Source of the DNA: an uncultured bacterium | GTDB taxonomy: Bacteria; Vulcanimicrobiota; Xenobia; Xenobiales; Xenobiaceae | Direction: 5' to 3' | Assembly (NCBI GenBank): GCA_934621605.1 | Contig: CAKTUZ010000005.1 | Coordinates: 10,862 to 74,861, forward strand | Length of the DNA: 64,000 bases | Shown here: in pieces, positions 52,059-62,700 of the stretch | Layout of the letters: every line of letters starts with the position of its first letter | How positions within the stretch are numbered: position 1 is the first letter of the stretch | Position numbers and translations under genes: made by a program | Notes under the pieces: generated by a model | Seen by the model: only the letters and a program-made list of their open reading frames with translations | Databases searched by the model: none | Told to the model about the DNA's origin: nothing

Positions 52059-53130
52059 TCCGCGAGTTATCTCTATCGGTACAGCCAGGCCGACGACTTC
52101 TTACACGCAAGCCCAACTGGCTCAATATTTTGGCATCGGTAATCGCAAGATTCAGGCTCTTTTCGCTAACAGTCACATTAAAAAGCGCTGTCTGAATTTG
52201 CCGCGTTTGCAAGAGGCATTACAAAATGACCGAGCCGAAGAGCCCATGCTCAGTGAAGATCCCGATATTTTGGCTTCTCGCCATCGCCAAGGGGTGATTT
52301 CCTTAGGTTCGTCTGCTTTGCGCGAAGCTTTGCAAAAAGCCCAATTGGCCGTTCAAGATCTTGATTATATCGTTTGTGTAACCTCCACAGGTTTTCTCTG
52401 TCCTGGCGCTAGCGCTTTGCTAACTAAAGAATTGGGCTTGGCTGAGACTATTTATCGTTTGGATGTAGTGGGCATGGGCTGCAACGCAGCTATGAATGGT
52501 TTGCAGCCTTTGGTCAATTTTTTGCGCCTCAATCCGCAAAAAGTGGGCGCTTTGGTCTGTGTGGAAAATTGCTCTTCAGCTTATGTCGTTGACGAAAAAA
52601 TGGTAACGGCGGTAGTTAATTCACTTTTTGGAGATGCTTGTGCGGCTTTAATTGTGGCTGGTAGTCAATGTTCCAAAACAGAAGTCAATCCTGATTTACC
52701 GCAAATTGTAGATTTTGAAAGTCAGATAGTTGTCGAAGCCCAAGAGACTATGCGCTTTGAACATAAGCAAGGACGCTTGGCTTTTTTTCTGGATAAGGAT
52801 ATCCCTTATTTTTTGGGGCAAAATGCTCATAAGCCAGTGCGACGTCTCTGGGAACGCAATCATTTGAAGAAACGCGACATTTCTTGGTGGCTAGTTCATT
52901 CCGGCGGTAAGAAAGTGATCGACAGTTTGAAGATGAATTTAGGACTTTCCGATTATGATTTACGCCATACTGTCGATATATTGGCTGACTATGGCAACAT
53001 CTCTTCTTGTTCGGTACTTTACTCTTTAGGCCGTTTAAGCGCTGAAAATGTGGCTGTACCCGGAGATTATGCTACTTTAATAACCATGGGCCCCGGAGCC
53101 TCTGTCGAAACGGCTTTGCTGCGTTGGTAA
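52051..53130 (+). CDS. Type III polyketide synthase (chalcone/stilbene synthase superfamily)
   Basis: Cys-His-Asn triad contexts VVGMGCNAAMNGL, WWLVHSGGKKVID and YGNISSCSVLY. The ATG overlaps the crotonase stop by 8 nt. Confidence 0.75.
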   Translation: MDNPRVISIGTARPTTSYTQAQLAQYFGIGNRKIQALFANSHIKKRCLNLPRLQEALQNDRAEEPMLSEDPDILASRHRQGVISLGSSALREALQKAQLAVQDLDYIVCVTSTGFLCPGASALLTKELGLAETIYRLDVVGMGCNAAMNGLQPLVNFLRLNPQKVGALVCVENCSSAYVVDEKMVTAVVNSLFGDACAALIVAGSQCSKTEVNPDLPQIVDFESQIVVEAQETMRFEHKQGRLAFFLDKDIPYFLGQNAHKPVRRLWERNHLKKRDISWWLVHSGGKKVIDSLKMNLGLSDYDLRHTVDILADYGNISSCSVLYSLGRLSAENVAVPGDYATLITMGPGASVETALLRW

Positions 53131-53281
53131 AATTAAACTGATTTCTGTTCAAAATTCTAACACTACTCTAATACTCAACAAGCATATTTCTTACGTCTGA
53201 AGTAGTACATTATCTGCGAAGAAAAAGAAGTTTACGTTCGCCGGGGGAGCTCGGGGAAAGCGAACGAGGAGGATAAAATTT

Positions 53282-55129
53282 ATGTCGAAAGTTGTTGGTA
53301 TTGACTTAGGAACTACTAACTCAGTAATCGCCTTTATGGAAAATGGCAAACCTACCGTAATTGCCAATGCCGAAGGCAATCGCACTACGCCTTCTGTGGT
53401 AGGTTTCTCTAAGACTGGCGAGCGTTTGGTCGGTGAATTGGCCAAGCGTCAGGCCGTAAGCAACCCTCACGGCACTGTAGCTTCCATTAAGCGTTATATG
53501 GGTACTGATCATCGTGTCGAGATTGATGGCAAGAAATACTCTCCCGAAGAGATTTCCGCTATGATTCTTCAGAAATTGAAGACCGATGCTGAAGCTTATT
53601 TGGGCGAGCCCGTCAAAGAAGCCGTTATTACTGTGCCTGCCTACTTTAATGACTCCCAGCGTCAGGCTACTAAAAATGCCGGTATTATTGCTGGTTTAGA
53701 TGTTAAGAGAATCATCAACGAGCCTACGGCTGCTGCTTTGGCTTATGGTCTTGATAAAGGCGAAGGCGACATGAAGGTCGTGGTCTTCGACTTAGGTGGT
53801 GGTACTTTCGATGTCTCCATTTTGGAAATTGGTGATGGCGTGTTCGAAGTAAAGGCTACCAACGGTGATACTCACTTGGGCGGCGATGACTGGGATATGC
53901 GCATTGTCGACAAGATTGCTGAAGACTTCAAGAAAGAAAACGGCGTAGATTTGCGTCAAGATAAGATGGCCGCTCAGCGTATCAAAGATGCTGCCGAGAA
54001 AGCTAAGATTGAACTCTCTCAGATGCTGAACGTCAATATTAACTTGCCCTTCATTACTGCCGACGCTACCGGCCCTAAGCACTTGGACATGAACCTCTCC
54101 CGCGCTCAGTTCGAAGCTTTGACTGCTGATTTGTTGGAGCGCTGTGAGGGCCCCTGCCGTAAGGCTTTGGAAGATTCCGGTTTGAAGAAAAATGAGATCG
54201 ATCGTGTCTTGTTAGTCGGTGGTTCCACTCGTATGCCTCAGGTAGTGGAATTTGTCCGCAAATTCTTCGGCAAAGATCCTTCCAAGGATATCAACCCCGA
54301 TGAGTGTGTTGCTTTGGGTGCCGCCATTCAGGGCGCTGTAATTACCGGTGAAGTCAAAGACGTAGTCTTGGTCGATGTAACTCCTCTGTCCTTAGGTATC
54401 GAGACCTTGGGCGGCGTAATGACCAAGCTTATTGATCGTAACACTTCCATTCCTTGTAAGAAGAGTGAAGTCTTCTCCACCGCTGCTGATATGCAAACTC
54501 AGGTAGAGATTCACGTATTACAAGGTGAGCGTGAGTTCGCTCGTGACAATAAGACTCTGGGCAAGTTTGTACTTACCGATATCCCGCCGGCACCCCGTGG
54601 GGTACCTCAGATTGAAGTCTCCTTCGAGATCGATGCTAACGGTATCATCAATGTAAGCGCCGTCGATAAGGGTACTGGTAAGAGCCAGAACATCAAGATC
54701 ACCGCTTCCACCAACCTCTCCAAAGAAGAAGTGGATCGTATGGTCAAAGACGCCGACAGTCATGCCAGCGAAGATAAGAAGAGACGTGAAGAGATTGAGC
54801 TTCGCCACAAAGCTGACAGCTTAGTCTATCAAATCGAGAAAGCTCTGCGCGATGCTGGTGACAAGGTCTCCGCTACCGTCAAGGCTCCTATCGAAAACGC
54901 TATCGAGAGAGTGAAGAAAGCTTCCGCTGCCGAACCTTTGGATCGCGACGAGCTCAAGAAGGCTACCGACGAGTTGGCTCAGACCGCTCAGAAGATTGGT
55001 GAGAGCCTCTACCAAGCCCAGCAGCAAGCCGGGGCCGGACAGGCTGGAGCCAGCCAGGAAGCTCCTAAGAGCGGTAAAGCTGAAGGCGACGAAGAAGTTG
55101 TCGACGCCGACTATACCGTAAAAGACTAA
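53282..55129 (+). CDS. dnaK: Molecular chaperone DnaK (Hsp70)
   Basis: [20 protein letters not shown] and [11 protein letters not shown] signatures. AGGAGG RBS. Confidence 0.97.
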   Translation: MSKVVGIDLGTTNSVIAFMENGKPTVIANAEGNRTTPSVVGFSKTGERLVGELAKRQAVSNPHGTVASIKRYMGTDHRVEIDGKKYSPEEISAMILQKLKTDAEAYLGEPVKEAVITVPAYFNDSQRQATKNAGIIAGLDVKRIINEPTAAALAYGLDKGEGDMKVVVFDLGGGTFDVSILEIGDGVFEVKATNGDTHLGGDDWDMRIVDKIAEDFKKENGVDLRQDKMAAQRIKDAAEKAKIELSQMLNVNINLPFITADATGPKHLDMNLSRAQFEALTADLLERCEGPCRKALEDSGLKKNEIDRVLLVGGSTRMPQVVEFVRKFFGKDPSKDINPDECVALGAAIQGAVITGEVKDVVLVDVTPLSLGIETLGGVMTKLIDRNTSIPCKKSEVFSTAADMQTQVEIHVLQGEREFARDNKTLGKFVLTDIPPAPRGVPQIEVSFEIDANGIINVSAVDKGTGKSQNIKITASTNLSKEEVDRMVKDADSHASEDKKRREEIELRHKADSLVYQIEKALRDAGDKVSATVKAPIENAIERVKKASAAEPLDRDELKKATDELAQTAQKIGESLYQAQQQAGAGQAGASQEAPKSGKAEGDEEVVDADYTVKD

Positions 55130-55190
55130 TAGATAAAATTGTCGCGAGTTAGTTCACCGCTAAAGTGAGTCAGCTCGACTAAGTAAAAAA

Positions 55191-55235
55191 ATGCGCAACT
55201 CCCAATTTTTGGAAGCTGCGCATTTTTCTTTATTT
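55191..55235 (+). terminator. Intrinsic terminator after dnaK
   Basis: ATGCGCAACTCCC...GGAAGCTGCGCAT stem followed by TTTTTCTTTATTTT. Confidence 0.75.
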
Positions 55236-55259
55236 TATGCTGAACGAGGTTAAATTCCG

Positions 55260-55529
55260 ATGAATGGTGAGGCTTTTTTAAGCAATAAAGGTGGATATAC
55301 GACCTTTTCTTATGGGAAAAAGGTTATACGTTTTAAGACTTCAGCAAAATTGGAATGGTATACAGATATTATTAATTGGGATAATGGATATATTGAAGTG
55401 GTGGCTAAATATCGTGGAGTTGGTGAAGTTGAGGATTACATAGATCTTGTACCTATTAAAAAAAACTTGTACATGGATGCTGAGACGTTCTTAAAACCCA
55501 TAAAGAAAGTGAGCCTTCGTTATGCTTAA
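55260..55529 (+). CDS. Small hypothetical protein (AT-rich cassette, gene 1)
   Basis: 89 aa with a GAGG RBS. The stop overlaps the next start by 8 nt (ATGCTTAA). No motif recognised. Confidence 0.45.
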   Translation: MNGEAFLSNKGGYTTFSYGKKVIRFKTSAKLEWYTDIINWDNGYIEVVAKYRGVGEVEDYIDLVPIKKNLYMDAETFLKPIKKVSLRYA

Positions 55530-55737
55530 TTTGGAAAGGGTTATTGATCAAGCCGCTATGGTCTCTTTGGGCTATGCTTTTACTGTTAAAGGTCGTTTTA
55601 TCAGAGTTCTAAATTTATATACCCCTGAATGCGCTGCGGTAATAGAACACGATGGAAGCGTCGTTGAAACCAATATGGACGATCAAGAATTGCATAAAAT
55701 GTTGCAAGTCTACAATAGAAATGAGGAGTTTCTATAA
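55522..55737 (+). CDS. Small hypothetical protein (AT-rich cassette, gene 2)
   Basis: 71 aa, translationally coupled to gene 1 and followed by a hairpin plus T-run. No motif recognised. Confidence 0.45.
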   Translation: MLNLERVIDQAAMVSLGYAFTVKGRFIRVLNLYTPECAAVIEHDGSVVETNMDDQELHKMLQVYNRNEEFL

Positions 55738-55817
55738 GTGGATAATTTAATAGATCGTATAAAAAAGCGGCCGAACCTTTTAGGGACGACCGCTTTTGTT
55801 TTAGCTTTATAGGCTAA

Positions 55818-57260
55818 CTACTTTTGCTCAAGTGAAGGGCGGGGAGCTTCCATGCCGGGGCCTTCTTTGGAGCGCATGTTGATGCCGGTATTCTTTTCGG
55901 CTTTTTCAATCATGTAATTCGACCAGCGGTTGGCTTCGTGGAAGATTTCCATTTCGTCGACTAAGCAAAGCTTGCCGTCTTTGACAACCTGGCGACCGTT
56001 GACTACGGAGAAGTCCACAATGTGGCTGTCACCGCAGAATACTATAGCAGCGACCGGATCGGAAAGAGCGCCGGCATAGCCGAGTCTATTTAAGGAAATA
56101 CCGATAATGTCGGCTCCGGCTCCTACTTCCAGTTTGCCCAGCTCTTTGTAACCCAAAACGCGAGCACCGCCGCGAGTAGCTAAAGTGAGAGCTCTTTCGG
56201 CAGGCATAGCGTCTACGCCGAAGTGGAGGCGCTGTACTAACATACAATTGCGCACTTCACCCAACATATCGGAAGAGTCGTTGGAAGCGCTGCCATCGAC
56301 GCCTAAACCTACGGCCACATTGTGCTCAACCATAGAAGGTACGCGAGCCACGCCGGAGGCTAAGCGCATATTGGAAGCGGGGCAGTGAGATACGCCGGTG
56401 CCGCTTTCGGCCGCTCTCTTAATTTCTTCGTCATTTAAGTAGCAGCAGTGAGCGAACCAAATATCATCGCCAGTCCAGCCTACGCTCTCCATGAAGTCGT
56501 AGGGGCGCTTGCCATACATTTCTAAGCAATAAGCGTCTTCGTCTTTGGTTTCGGCTACGTGAGTGTGGCAGCGTACTTTGTACTTTCTGGCTAATTTGAC
56601 CGTTTCCGACAAAAGTTCGGGAGTAACGGAGAAAGGAGAGCAAGGAGCCAAAGCGATCTTAATCATGGCTAAAGGATCGGGATCGTGATAGGCTTTAATG
56701 ACGCGCTCGCAATCAGCCAGAATTTTATTTTCGCTTTGCACTACATCGTTGGGAGGCAAGCCGCCCTTATCTTTACCACGGGACATAGAACCGCGGGTAG
56801 GCTGGAAGCGGATACCGATCTTCTGAGCGGCTTTAATTTGCTGATCGAAGAGATGATCGGGGCAATGCTCAGGAAATACATAGAAGTGGTCGGTACTAGT
56901 AGTACAACCGGTTAAGAGCAATTCGCCCAAGCCGGTCAGAGTAGACCAATAGAGAGCTTCGGGAGTAAGTTCGCGCCAAAGCTCATATAAGTTCACCAGC
57001 CAAGGGAAGAGTTCGGCTTCCTGGACGCGAGGAATATTGCGCGTCAAAGTCTGATAAAGGTGATGGTGGCAATTGATCATACCGGGCATCACCAACATGC
57101 CGGTGGCGTCGATCACCTTATCGACGTTGGGGGCCTCTAACTTGGGGCCTATTTCGGCAATACGATTGCCTTTAACTAAAATGTCACAATTTTCAATGCG
57201 CCTCATGTTGTCATCGAAAGTGGCAACCATAGCGGCGTTCTTAATCAAGAGGGTACTCAT
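55818..57260 (-). CDS. Amidohydrolase of the TRZ/ATZ deaminase group, 8-oxoguanine deaminase-like
   Basis: MPGMINCHHHLYQTLTRN metal-binding HxH context, HVAET, FAHCCYL and GVDGSASND motifs. ATG at 57260 is preferred; a TTG at 57269 is possible. Confidence 0.65.
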   Translation of the reverse strand: MSTLLIKNAAMVATFDDNMRRIENCDILVKGNRIAEIGPKLEAPNVDKVIDATGMLVMPGMINCHHHLYQTLTRNIPRVQEAELFPWLVNLYELWRELTPEALYWSTLTGLGELLLTGCTTSTDHFYVFPEHCPDHLFDQQIKAAQKIGIRFQPTRGSMSRGKDKGGLPPNDVVQSENKILADCERVIKAYHDPDPLAMIKIALAPCSPFSVTPELLSETVKLARKYKVRCHTHVAETKDEDAYCLEMYGKRPYDFMESVGWTGDDIWFAHCCYLNDEEIKRAAESGTGVSHCPASNMRLASGVARVPSMVEHNVAVGLGVDGSASNDSSDMLGEVRNCMLVQRLHFGVDAMPAERALTLATRGGARVLGYKELGKLEVGAGADIIGISLNRLGYAGALSDPVAAIVFCGDSHIVDFSVVNGRQVVKDGKLCLVDEMEIFHEANRWSNYMIEKAEKNTGINMRSKEGPGMEAPRPSLEQK

Positions 57261-57417
57261 GGTTAGCAAAATTTCTAATTAGCAAAAAAAGTTCCTCTCA
57301 ATTTGTTATGTATTTGCTTAAATAACGCAGCCATTTGTGGAGAAAAATCCAATAAAGGGGAGAAAGGCACTCGGAGGCGAATTTAAGATCAATTTTAGGC
57401 GAATAAGGATTTATCTA

Positions 57418-58395
57418 ATGAACAGACGTTGGCTTTTGACTTTTATATTGGGAGTAGCTGTTTCTGCTCAGGCGTTGGCTTCCGGACTCGAACCTAAAAA
57501 TGGCGCAGCATTTGCCGAGGCTGATTCCGAGCCCTCTCGGAGTCTTGTCGAATCTGTAGCCGTTTGTGTCGATAATAACAGCCAATTTATAGCCGCCGAA
57601 CCAGCTTCTAAAGCTAAAGTTGCGCCTACTAAAAAGAAAGAAGCCAAGGTCGGTGATAATCAAAAACAGAGCGCAGCCAACGGCCAAAAGAAGACTGCTG
57701 CCCAAAAAGCTTCGGTTGCCGCCAAAAAGTTGAAGCCTAAGCTTACCGAGCAAGAGCGCAAAGTTAAATTGCGTGGTACGCGCAACACCAGACAACTTGG
57801 CGGTTTGCCCACTTCTGACGGCAAATTTATCAAAGAAGGCGTACTTTATCGCTCCGGTGCGTTGTGCTACATCAACGATTCCGATATCGAAATATTAAAA
57901 GATAAAGGTATCGTTTCAGTTATCGAATTGCGTACTACTAAAGAAATAGCTTCCGAAGGGCGTGATAAACCCGCCTTTGCTGGCAGTCTCAATAAAATTT
58001 ACAATTTGCCCATGGTCTGTACCAGCGGTACCGGTCAAGAAGCTTATGCTTCTTATATCAAAAAGCAAAATTATTCTACCATTAGTCAATTTTTCAAAGT
58101 GTTGGCCAACAATAACAGCTATCCGCTTCTTTTCCATTGCTCGGCTGGTAAAGATCGCACCGGTATTATGGCTGCTTTAGTTTTGGAACTTTTGCGCGTA
58201 CCGCGTCCTATCATTATGGACGATTATTTGGCCTCTCAACGCAATAGTAAGGGGCTGAAAGTAAATGCCGATTGGCTGAGAGGCGTATTTAAAAATGTTG
58301 ATAAAGCTGGCGGTATTGAGCCTTTCTTGCACAGCTGCGGCGTCAGTACTGCGGATATGAAAAAAGTCCGCGAAAATTTGCTTGTGAATAAATAA
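57418..58395 (+). CDS. Secreted protein-tyrosine phosphatase (Y_phosphatase3-like)
   Basis: Signal peptide MNRRWLLTFILGVAVSAQALA. Lys/Ala-rich linker. CX5R P-loop HCSAGKDRTG. Confidence 0.75.
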   Translation: MNRRWLLTFILGVAVSAQALASGLEPKNGAAFAEADSEPSRSLVESVAVCVDNNSQFIAAEPASKAKVAPTKKKEAKVGDNQKQSAANGQKKTAAQKASVAAKKLKPKLTEQERKVKLRGTRNTRQLGGLPTSDGKFIKEGVLYRSGALCYINDSDIEILKDKGIVSVIELRTTKEIASEGRDKPAFAGSLNKIYNLPMVCTSGTGQEAYASYIKKQNYSTISQFFKVLANNNSYPLLFHCSAGKDRTGIMAALVLELLRVPRPIIMDDYLASQRNSKGLKVNADWLRGVFKNVDKAGGIEPFLHSCGVSTADMKKVRENLLVNK

Positions 58396-58434
58396 GTATT
58401 TTTTCGGGCACTTGGAGGTATAAACTAAACCGAT

Positions 58435-59472
58435 ATGTATAAATTCGCTGGAAAATTTTTCCTTTCTCTGGCTCTTTGCGCTGCCTGTGTAATGCCTTTT
58501 GGAGTTCAAGCTGCTGAAGAATCCAAAGATCCTACTGCTCGTCTCACTCCTTTAACCGCTTCCATTACTTGGTTACAAACTTCTGCCGAATATAAAGGCC
58601 TCTGCTACCAAACTTATAATATGGCCACTCAGGCTATTGACGACAAACTTCGCCTTAATAGTTACGTGTGCGTCAACGGCAAGCTTTGCAAAGAAGTGTA
58701 CCATCGCCAGCCCGACGGCTCAATTTTGCACCTTTATCAGCCTTTGGCTATCGTATTGGATATTGACGAAACCGTAATCGATAATAGCGGTATTGAAGCT
58801 TGGTGTTTGATTAACAATATTCCTTACAATGAGCAATTATGGAGCGCTTGGTGTCAAGGCCAAGGCGCCGAGCCTGCTATGTGTCGTGAAGTGCCCGGCG
58901 CTGTCAGTTTCTTGCTATATTGCCAAGAATTGGGTATTACTCCCATTTATCTTACTAACCGTGATGAATCTTTGCGTGAAGCAACTTTGAAAGCTTTGGT
59001 CAATTTAGGCTTAAATACTCCCGACTTAAATGAACGCTTAATTCTGCGCGACAAAAAGCGCGATAAAGCTGGGGCTAAAAAGATCGTAGAAGATATGAAA
59101 ATTTCTGCTGCCAGCATTTTGGGTAAGGATATTGCTCAAAATTACAGTGATAAGGCTGGTCGTCGCGTAGAGGTACGTACTCAGTATGAGGTAATCGGTT
59201 GGTTCGGCGACAATTTATACGATATGCCCGTCTTTGTTGATAATGAAATGACTGACAATAAAGAAATTTTGCAAGCTCGCAACGAACAAGTAAAGAGCAA
59301 TATTACCAAATTGGGCAATACTTTCTTCCTTTTGCCTAATCCTATTTATGGCAGCTGGCTTAAGGATCAGACTGTGCCTCCTATGGAAATGCGCAAATAT
59401 ATCGACGATTATGGTTTTGGCGCTTGGTATAAGAATAACAAAAATAAAATTCATGGTACCAGCGGCCGTTAG
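58435..59472 (+). CDS. HAD-superfamily class B/C acid phosphatase, 5'-nucleotidase e(P4)-like
   Basis: Signal peptide. DDDD-type motif LDIDETVIDNS, YLTNRDE and GDNLYD. Confidence 0.7.
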   Translation: MYKFAGKFFLSLALCAACVMPFGVQAAEESKDPTARLTPLTASITWLQTSAEYKGLCYQTYNMATQAIDDKLRLNSYVCVNGKLCKEVYHRQPDGSILHLYQPLAIVLDIDETVIDNSGIEAWCLINNIPYNEQLWSAWCQGQGAEPAMCREVPGAVSFLLYCQELGITPIYLTNRDESLREATLKALVNLGLNTPDLNERLILRDKKRDKAGAKKIVEDMKISAASILGKDIAQNYSDKAGRRVEVRTQYEVIGWFGDNLYDMPVFVDNEMTDNKEILQARNEQVKSNITKLGNTFFLLPNPIYGSWLKDQTVPPMEMRKYIDDYGFGAWYKNNKNKIHGTSGR

Positions 59473-59636
59473 TTCGCTTATTTAGAAATCTTTTGCGAAA
59501 TGCTCCCGCCCTCTGCGCTTGGCCAAGTTTGGCTTAAATGTGGGGGGCGGCAGTCTGTTAGGTGTCTTTCGCTGATAGCTTCCGATAACAAGGGGCAGTC
59601 AGCTATTCCTGTTTTTTATTAAGAAAGAAGTTTTTT

Positions 59637-60599
59637 ATGAGAAAATGTCCCGCTTGTCAAGCGGAATGTGCTTCCGACAATCGTTTTTGTATGGAATGCG
59701 GCGCTTCTCTGTTGCCGGTAAAAGCTGAAGAAGCTGAAGAACCTGCTCCTGCTCGCTCTGTTTCTAGTTTTGGGGTGGTGCAATCAGCTATGGCAGCCAA
59801 GGAAAACTCTCCCTTGGTCGCTCCGACAATGGCTGCGCCTTCTACCCGGAAAATTGCCGACATTGCGCCAACTGTGACTACTGGATCGCTTCCTGCCGCT
59901 CCAACTACTTCAAAGCTTTTGAAGGTAGATGTAAGCAAAAGGAAAGGCTCTACACATCAACAATCTGCCAATCAACAGGCGCAGCTTACTCGCCCTTTGT
60001 TAGAATTTACCGAAAATAGCGAAGTTAAACGTCCATTTTCGATAAAATCTGAATCTGTTGGGAGTGTTGATACTTCCGATGCTCCACCTCTTTCCTCAGC
60101 TGTTACGACTGCTGCTGCCGGTGGCAAGGTGCTTAAGGATACCGGCGAATTGCATCGCTGGGTGGAAAATTCTGTGGCTCAGTGGGGGGCCAACGGGTCT
60201 GATGAAAGTAAATCTGATCCCGCGTCATCTGCCCCTCGCTTGCTTGATGCCAAGCCGGAACCGAGCCCTGAGCAAAGGCGGGACGGAGCTATCGCAGCGG
60301 CAGCTGCTCCTTTTAGCGCATCAGTTGCTGCCGCCGTGGCTCCGGTTGCTCCGCCCCCTTCCGCGCCGGAAACGGTTGCCGCTCCTCGCAAAGCTGTTGT
60401 TGAACATACTAATCGAAAAGCTCAATTCCGCCCGACTAGTACGTCGCAGCCGGTAGATGTAGCCAAAGAAGAGCAAAAGAAAAAACTCAATAATAGCTTC
60501 TACTCCGGTATGGCTTTGGGCTGTTGTGGCGGTGTGACTTTGCTCATAATCTTCGGTATCATACTGTCCATTATTATAGGAGCAGCTTTTGCCGATTAA
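59637..60599 (+). CDS. Zinc-ribbon protein with long disordered region and C-terminal TM anchor
   Basis: MRKCPACQAECASDNRFCMECGASL (CxxC...CxxC). Ala/Pro/Ser-rich middle. The C-terminus is LGCCGGVTLLIIFGIILSIIIGAAF. Confidence 0.6.
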   Translation: MRKCPACQAECASDNRFCMECGASLLPVKAEEAEEPAPARSVSSFGVVQSAMAAKENSPLVAPTMAAPSTRKIADIAPTVTTGSLPAAPTTSKLLKVDVSKRKGSTHQQSANQQAQLTRPLLEFTENSEVKRPFSIKSESVGSVDTSDAPPLSSAVTTAAAGGKVLKDTGELHRWVENSVAQWGANGSDESKSDPASSAPRLLDAKPEPSPEQRRDGAIAAAAAPFSASVAAAVAPVAPPPSAPETVAAPRKAVVEHTNRKAQFRPTSTSQPVDVAKEEQKKKLNNSFYSGMALGCCGGVTLLIIFGIILSIIIGAAFAD

Positions 60600-60639
60600 A
60601 GTTTGGGGGGGTCGGCTCAATTCAGTTTAGGCTTGAAGC

Positions 60640-62700
60640 CTAAACTTTGCTTGGCATCAAGCTTTTGAGCAAACCGGGCAGTGCCATCTTTAAGGCTATA
60701 GCTACACCGACTAGAGATTCGCCGGCAATAATACCGGAAGCCACCGGTACTACGTAGTCGTCGGACATTTGCTTGTGCTTCTTCTCTAAATAAGTGGCAA
60801 TGCAGGCGCCGATGAACATCGACAGTGAATTATAAAAGGGGATTACCATAGCCAAGCCCAAACCGGTAGCCGAAGGGATGAACTTGCGGAATTTTTCCGG
60901 CAAATATTTCTCCAGCAAAGGAATGGCAATACCGATTAAGCAGCCTATAAGCATACCCAATTGAGCTGTGGGATGTAAAGCACTGAAACCATCTTTCAAA
61001 AGTTCAGCTACCTTAGCCCACACTTGAGCACTGGGAGCGGGCCACTGGTCGCCACCTAATACGGAGGCGTCGGGAACGATTAAATAAAAAGCGGGAACAG
61101 CTACCAAAGTACCGGCGAAGATACCGCTAAATTGAGCTAAAAACTGTTGTCTGGGGTTGGCACCCAAAACGTAACCGCTTTTGAGGTCGGTTAGCAAGTC
61201 GGCGGAAGAACCGGCCGCACCGGCAGTTAGACCGGCGGTCATTAAGTTGGTAGTTACATTGGAGGGAGCTAACAAACCGAAAGTTAGCTGAGTAATTTTG
61301 CCCATAGCGCCGACGGGAGTAATATCAGATTCACCGGTAGCACGGCAAGCGACCAAGGCCAGGAAGAAAGTAGCCACCACGGCTATTAAGCCCATCCACC
61401 AAGTGGTATGGAAGATGAAGTGAAGCACTAAAATACAACCAATACCGGAAACGAGCGTACCTAGCATAAACCAAGAGGTAGGTACTTCGATATCTTCCAA
61501 AGGATCGTGAACTTTTTCTTTCTTCTTACCGAAGATGTTGGCCAAGCCGCTGAAAGCACGGGCCATGGTCTTCCATTCCATAAAGAACATTGTCAAACCG
61601 GAAGCGACCATAATAGCGGCGCCGGTCCAGGTGCTCCAACCTACAATAGTACGATAGCCGCTTTCTGCCAAAGCGGTGCTGTCGATGGCTCCTATACTGG
61701 TCATCCAGGGAGCCAATACTCCGTAGCAAATAATACCGCCCAAGAGCATGGACCAAGAGACGCGCCAACCTACCAAAGCGCCGGCGGCAATCATAACGCC
61801 GCTAATGTCGAAGCTAAAGGTTAGACTCTTCATGGAGTAGCCGCCAATAGAGCCAGGAAAATGTATCTGGCCGGGAATTTTTTCCCAACCGTCGCGTAAG
61901 AAGGCTAGCAAACCACCACCTAAGCCCGCTATACCCAAAGCTTTGGCTTTGCGCATAGCTTCGGCACCGTGGGAGTGTAAGCTACGCAAAGTTTCGGCAC
62001 AGGCAATGCCGGAGGGAAACTTCAATTGCTCGATATTGATCATTTGGCGTTTCATAGGTATTGCCATACAAACGCCCAGAGCGGCTAGGAAGAAAGTCCA
62101 GATAGTTAAAACTCCCCAGCTCATATGGGTGCCGGTTAGGATTAAGTAGGCGGCGATAGCTGAAACCATAGTGCCGCCAGTAGAGTAACCAGCTGAAGAG
62201 GCGCAGGATTGCATACAATTATTTTCCAGAATGCTCATCTGCGTTTTGAAAATTTTAGGAAATAGCGAATGCAAAGTTGTCCAAATTGAATAAGACAAAA
62301 TACAGGCTGTAATGGCTACACCTAAGCCCCAGCCGGTTTTTAAGCCTACATATAAGTTGGATAAGGACATTATACCGCCGATTAAAGCGCCCATAACTAC
62401 GGCTCGAACTGTCAGCTGGGGCACGCCTGGCCCTTGATAGACATGATGGAACCAGTAGTGCTCCGGATCTTCGCCTTCTTGAAGCGGGGGAGGAGTTTGT
62501 ACCCCTTCTTCGTGGCCCTTTGCTTGAGCGTTTTCAGTGGTATACTCAATAGGGGACTCAATCGGAACTTCTTCTTCCTCTTGACTGTTTAGCTCAGGCA
62601 AAGAGGTTTTTTCTTGAGGCTGTTGGGCAGAAACCTGCGACTCTGTTGCGTCGAGGGCTTCTTTATCCTCAATTTTTGTGCTTGGATTTTTGTTTGTCAC
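60640..62700 (-). CDS. OPT-family oligopeptide transporter
   Basis: 686 aa with many TM segments. LTVRAVVMGALIGGIMSLSNLYVGLKTGWG is typical of bacterial OPT proteins. Confidence 0.8.
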   Translation of the reverse strand: MTNKNPSTKIEDKEALDATESQVSAQQPQEKTSLPELNSQEEEEVPIESPIEYTTENAQAKGHEEGVQTPPPLQEGEDPEHYWFHHVYQGPGVPQLTVRAVVMGALIGGIMSLSNLYVGLKTGWGLGVAITACILSYSIWTTLHSLFPKIFKTQMSILENNCMQSCASSAGYSTGGTMVSAIAAYLILTGTHMSWGVLTIWTFFLAALGVCMAIPMKRQMINIEQLKFPSGIACAETLRSLHSHGAEAMRKAKALGIAGLGGGLLAFLRDGWEKIPGQIHFPGSIGGYSMKSLTFSFDISGVMIAAGALVGWRVSWSMLLGGIICYGVLAPWMTSIGAIDSTALAESGYRTIVGWSTWTGAAIMVASGLTMFFMEWKTMARAFSGLANIFGKKKEKVHDPLEDIEVPTSWFMLGTLVSGIGCILVLHFIFHTTWWMGLIAVVATFFLALVACRATGESDITPVGAMGKITQLTFGLLAPSNVTTNLMTAGLTAGAAGSSADLLTDLKSGYVLGANPRQQFLAQFSGIFAGTLVAVPAFYLIVPDASVLGGDQWPAPSAQVWAKVAELLKDGFSALHPTAQLGMLIGCLIGIAIPLLEKYLPEKFRKFIPSATGLGLAMVIPFYNSLSMFIGACIATYLEKKHKQMSDDYVVPVASGIIAGESLVGVAIALKMALPGLLKSLMPSKV

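Noticed and set aside
51763-52212. 149-aa reverse-strand ORF across the crotonase/PKS junction.
   Set aside because: It is generated by the locally GC-rich crotonase sequence. The Pro/Arg/Leu-rich translation is antisense to two genes with clear catalytic motifs.
53131-53281. CIRCE or another heat-shock operator upstream of dnaK; hairpin CGTTCGC...GCGAACG (53235-53266) just before the SD.
   Set aside because: There is no TTAGCACTC-N9-GAGTGCTAA match and no sigma-32-type consensus. The 7-bp hairpin does not include the AGGAGG, so an RNA-thermometer reading is unsupported.
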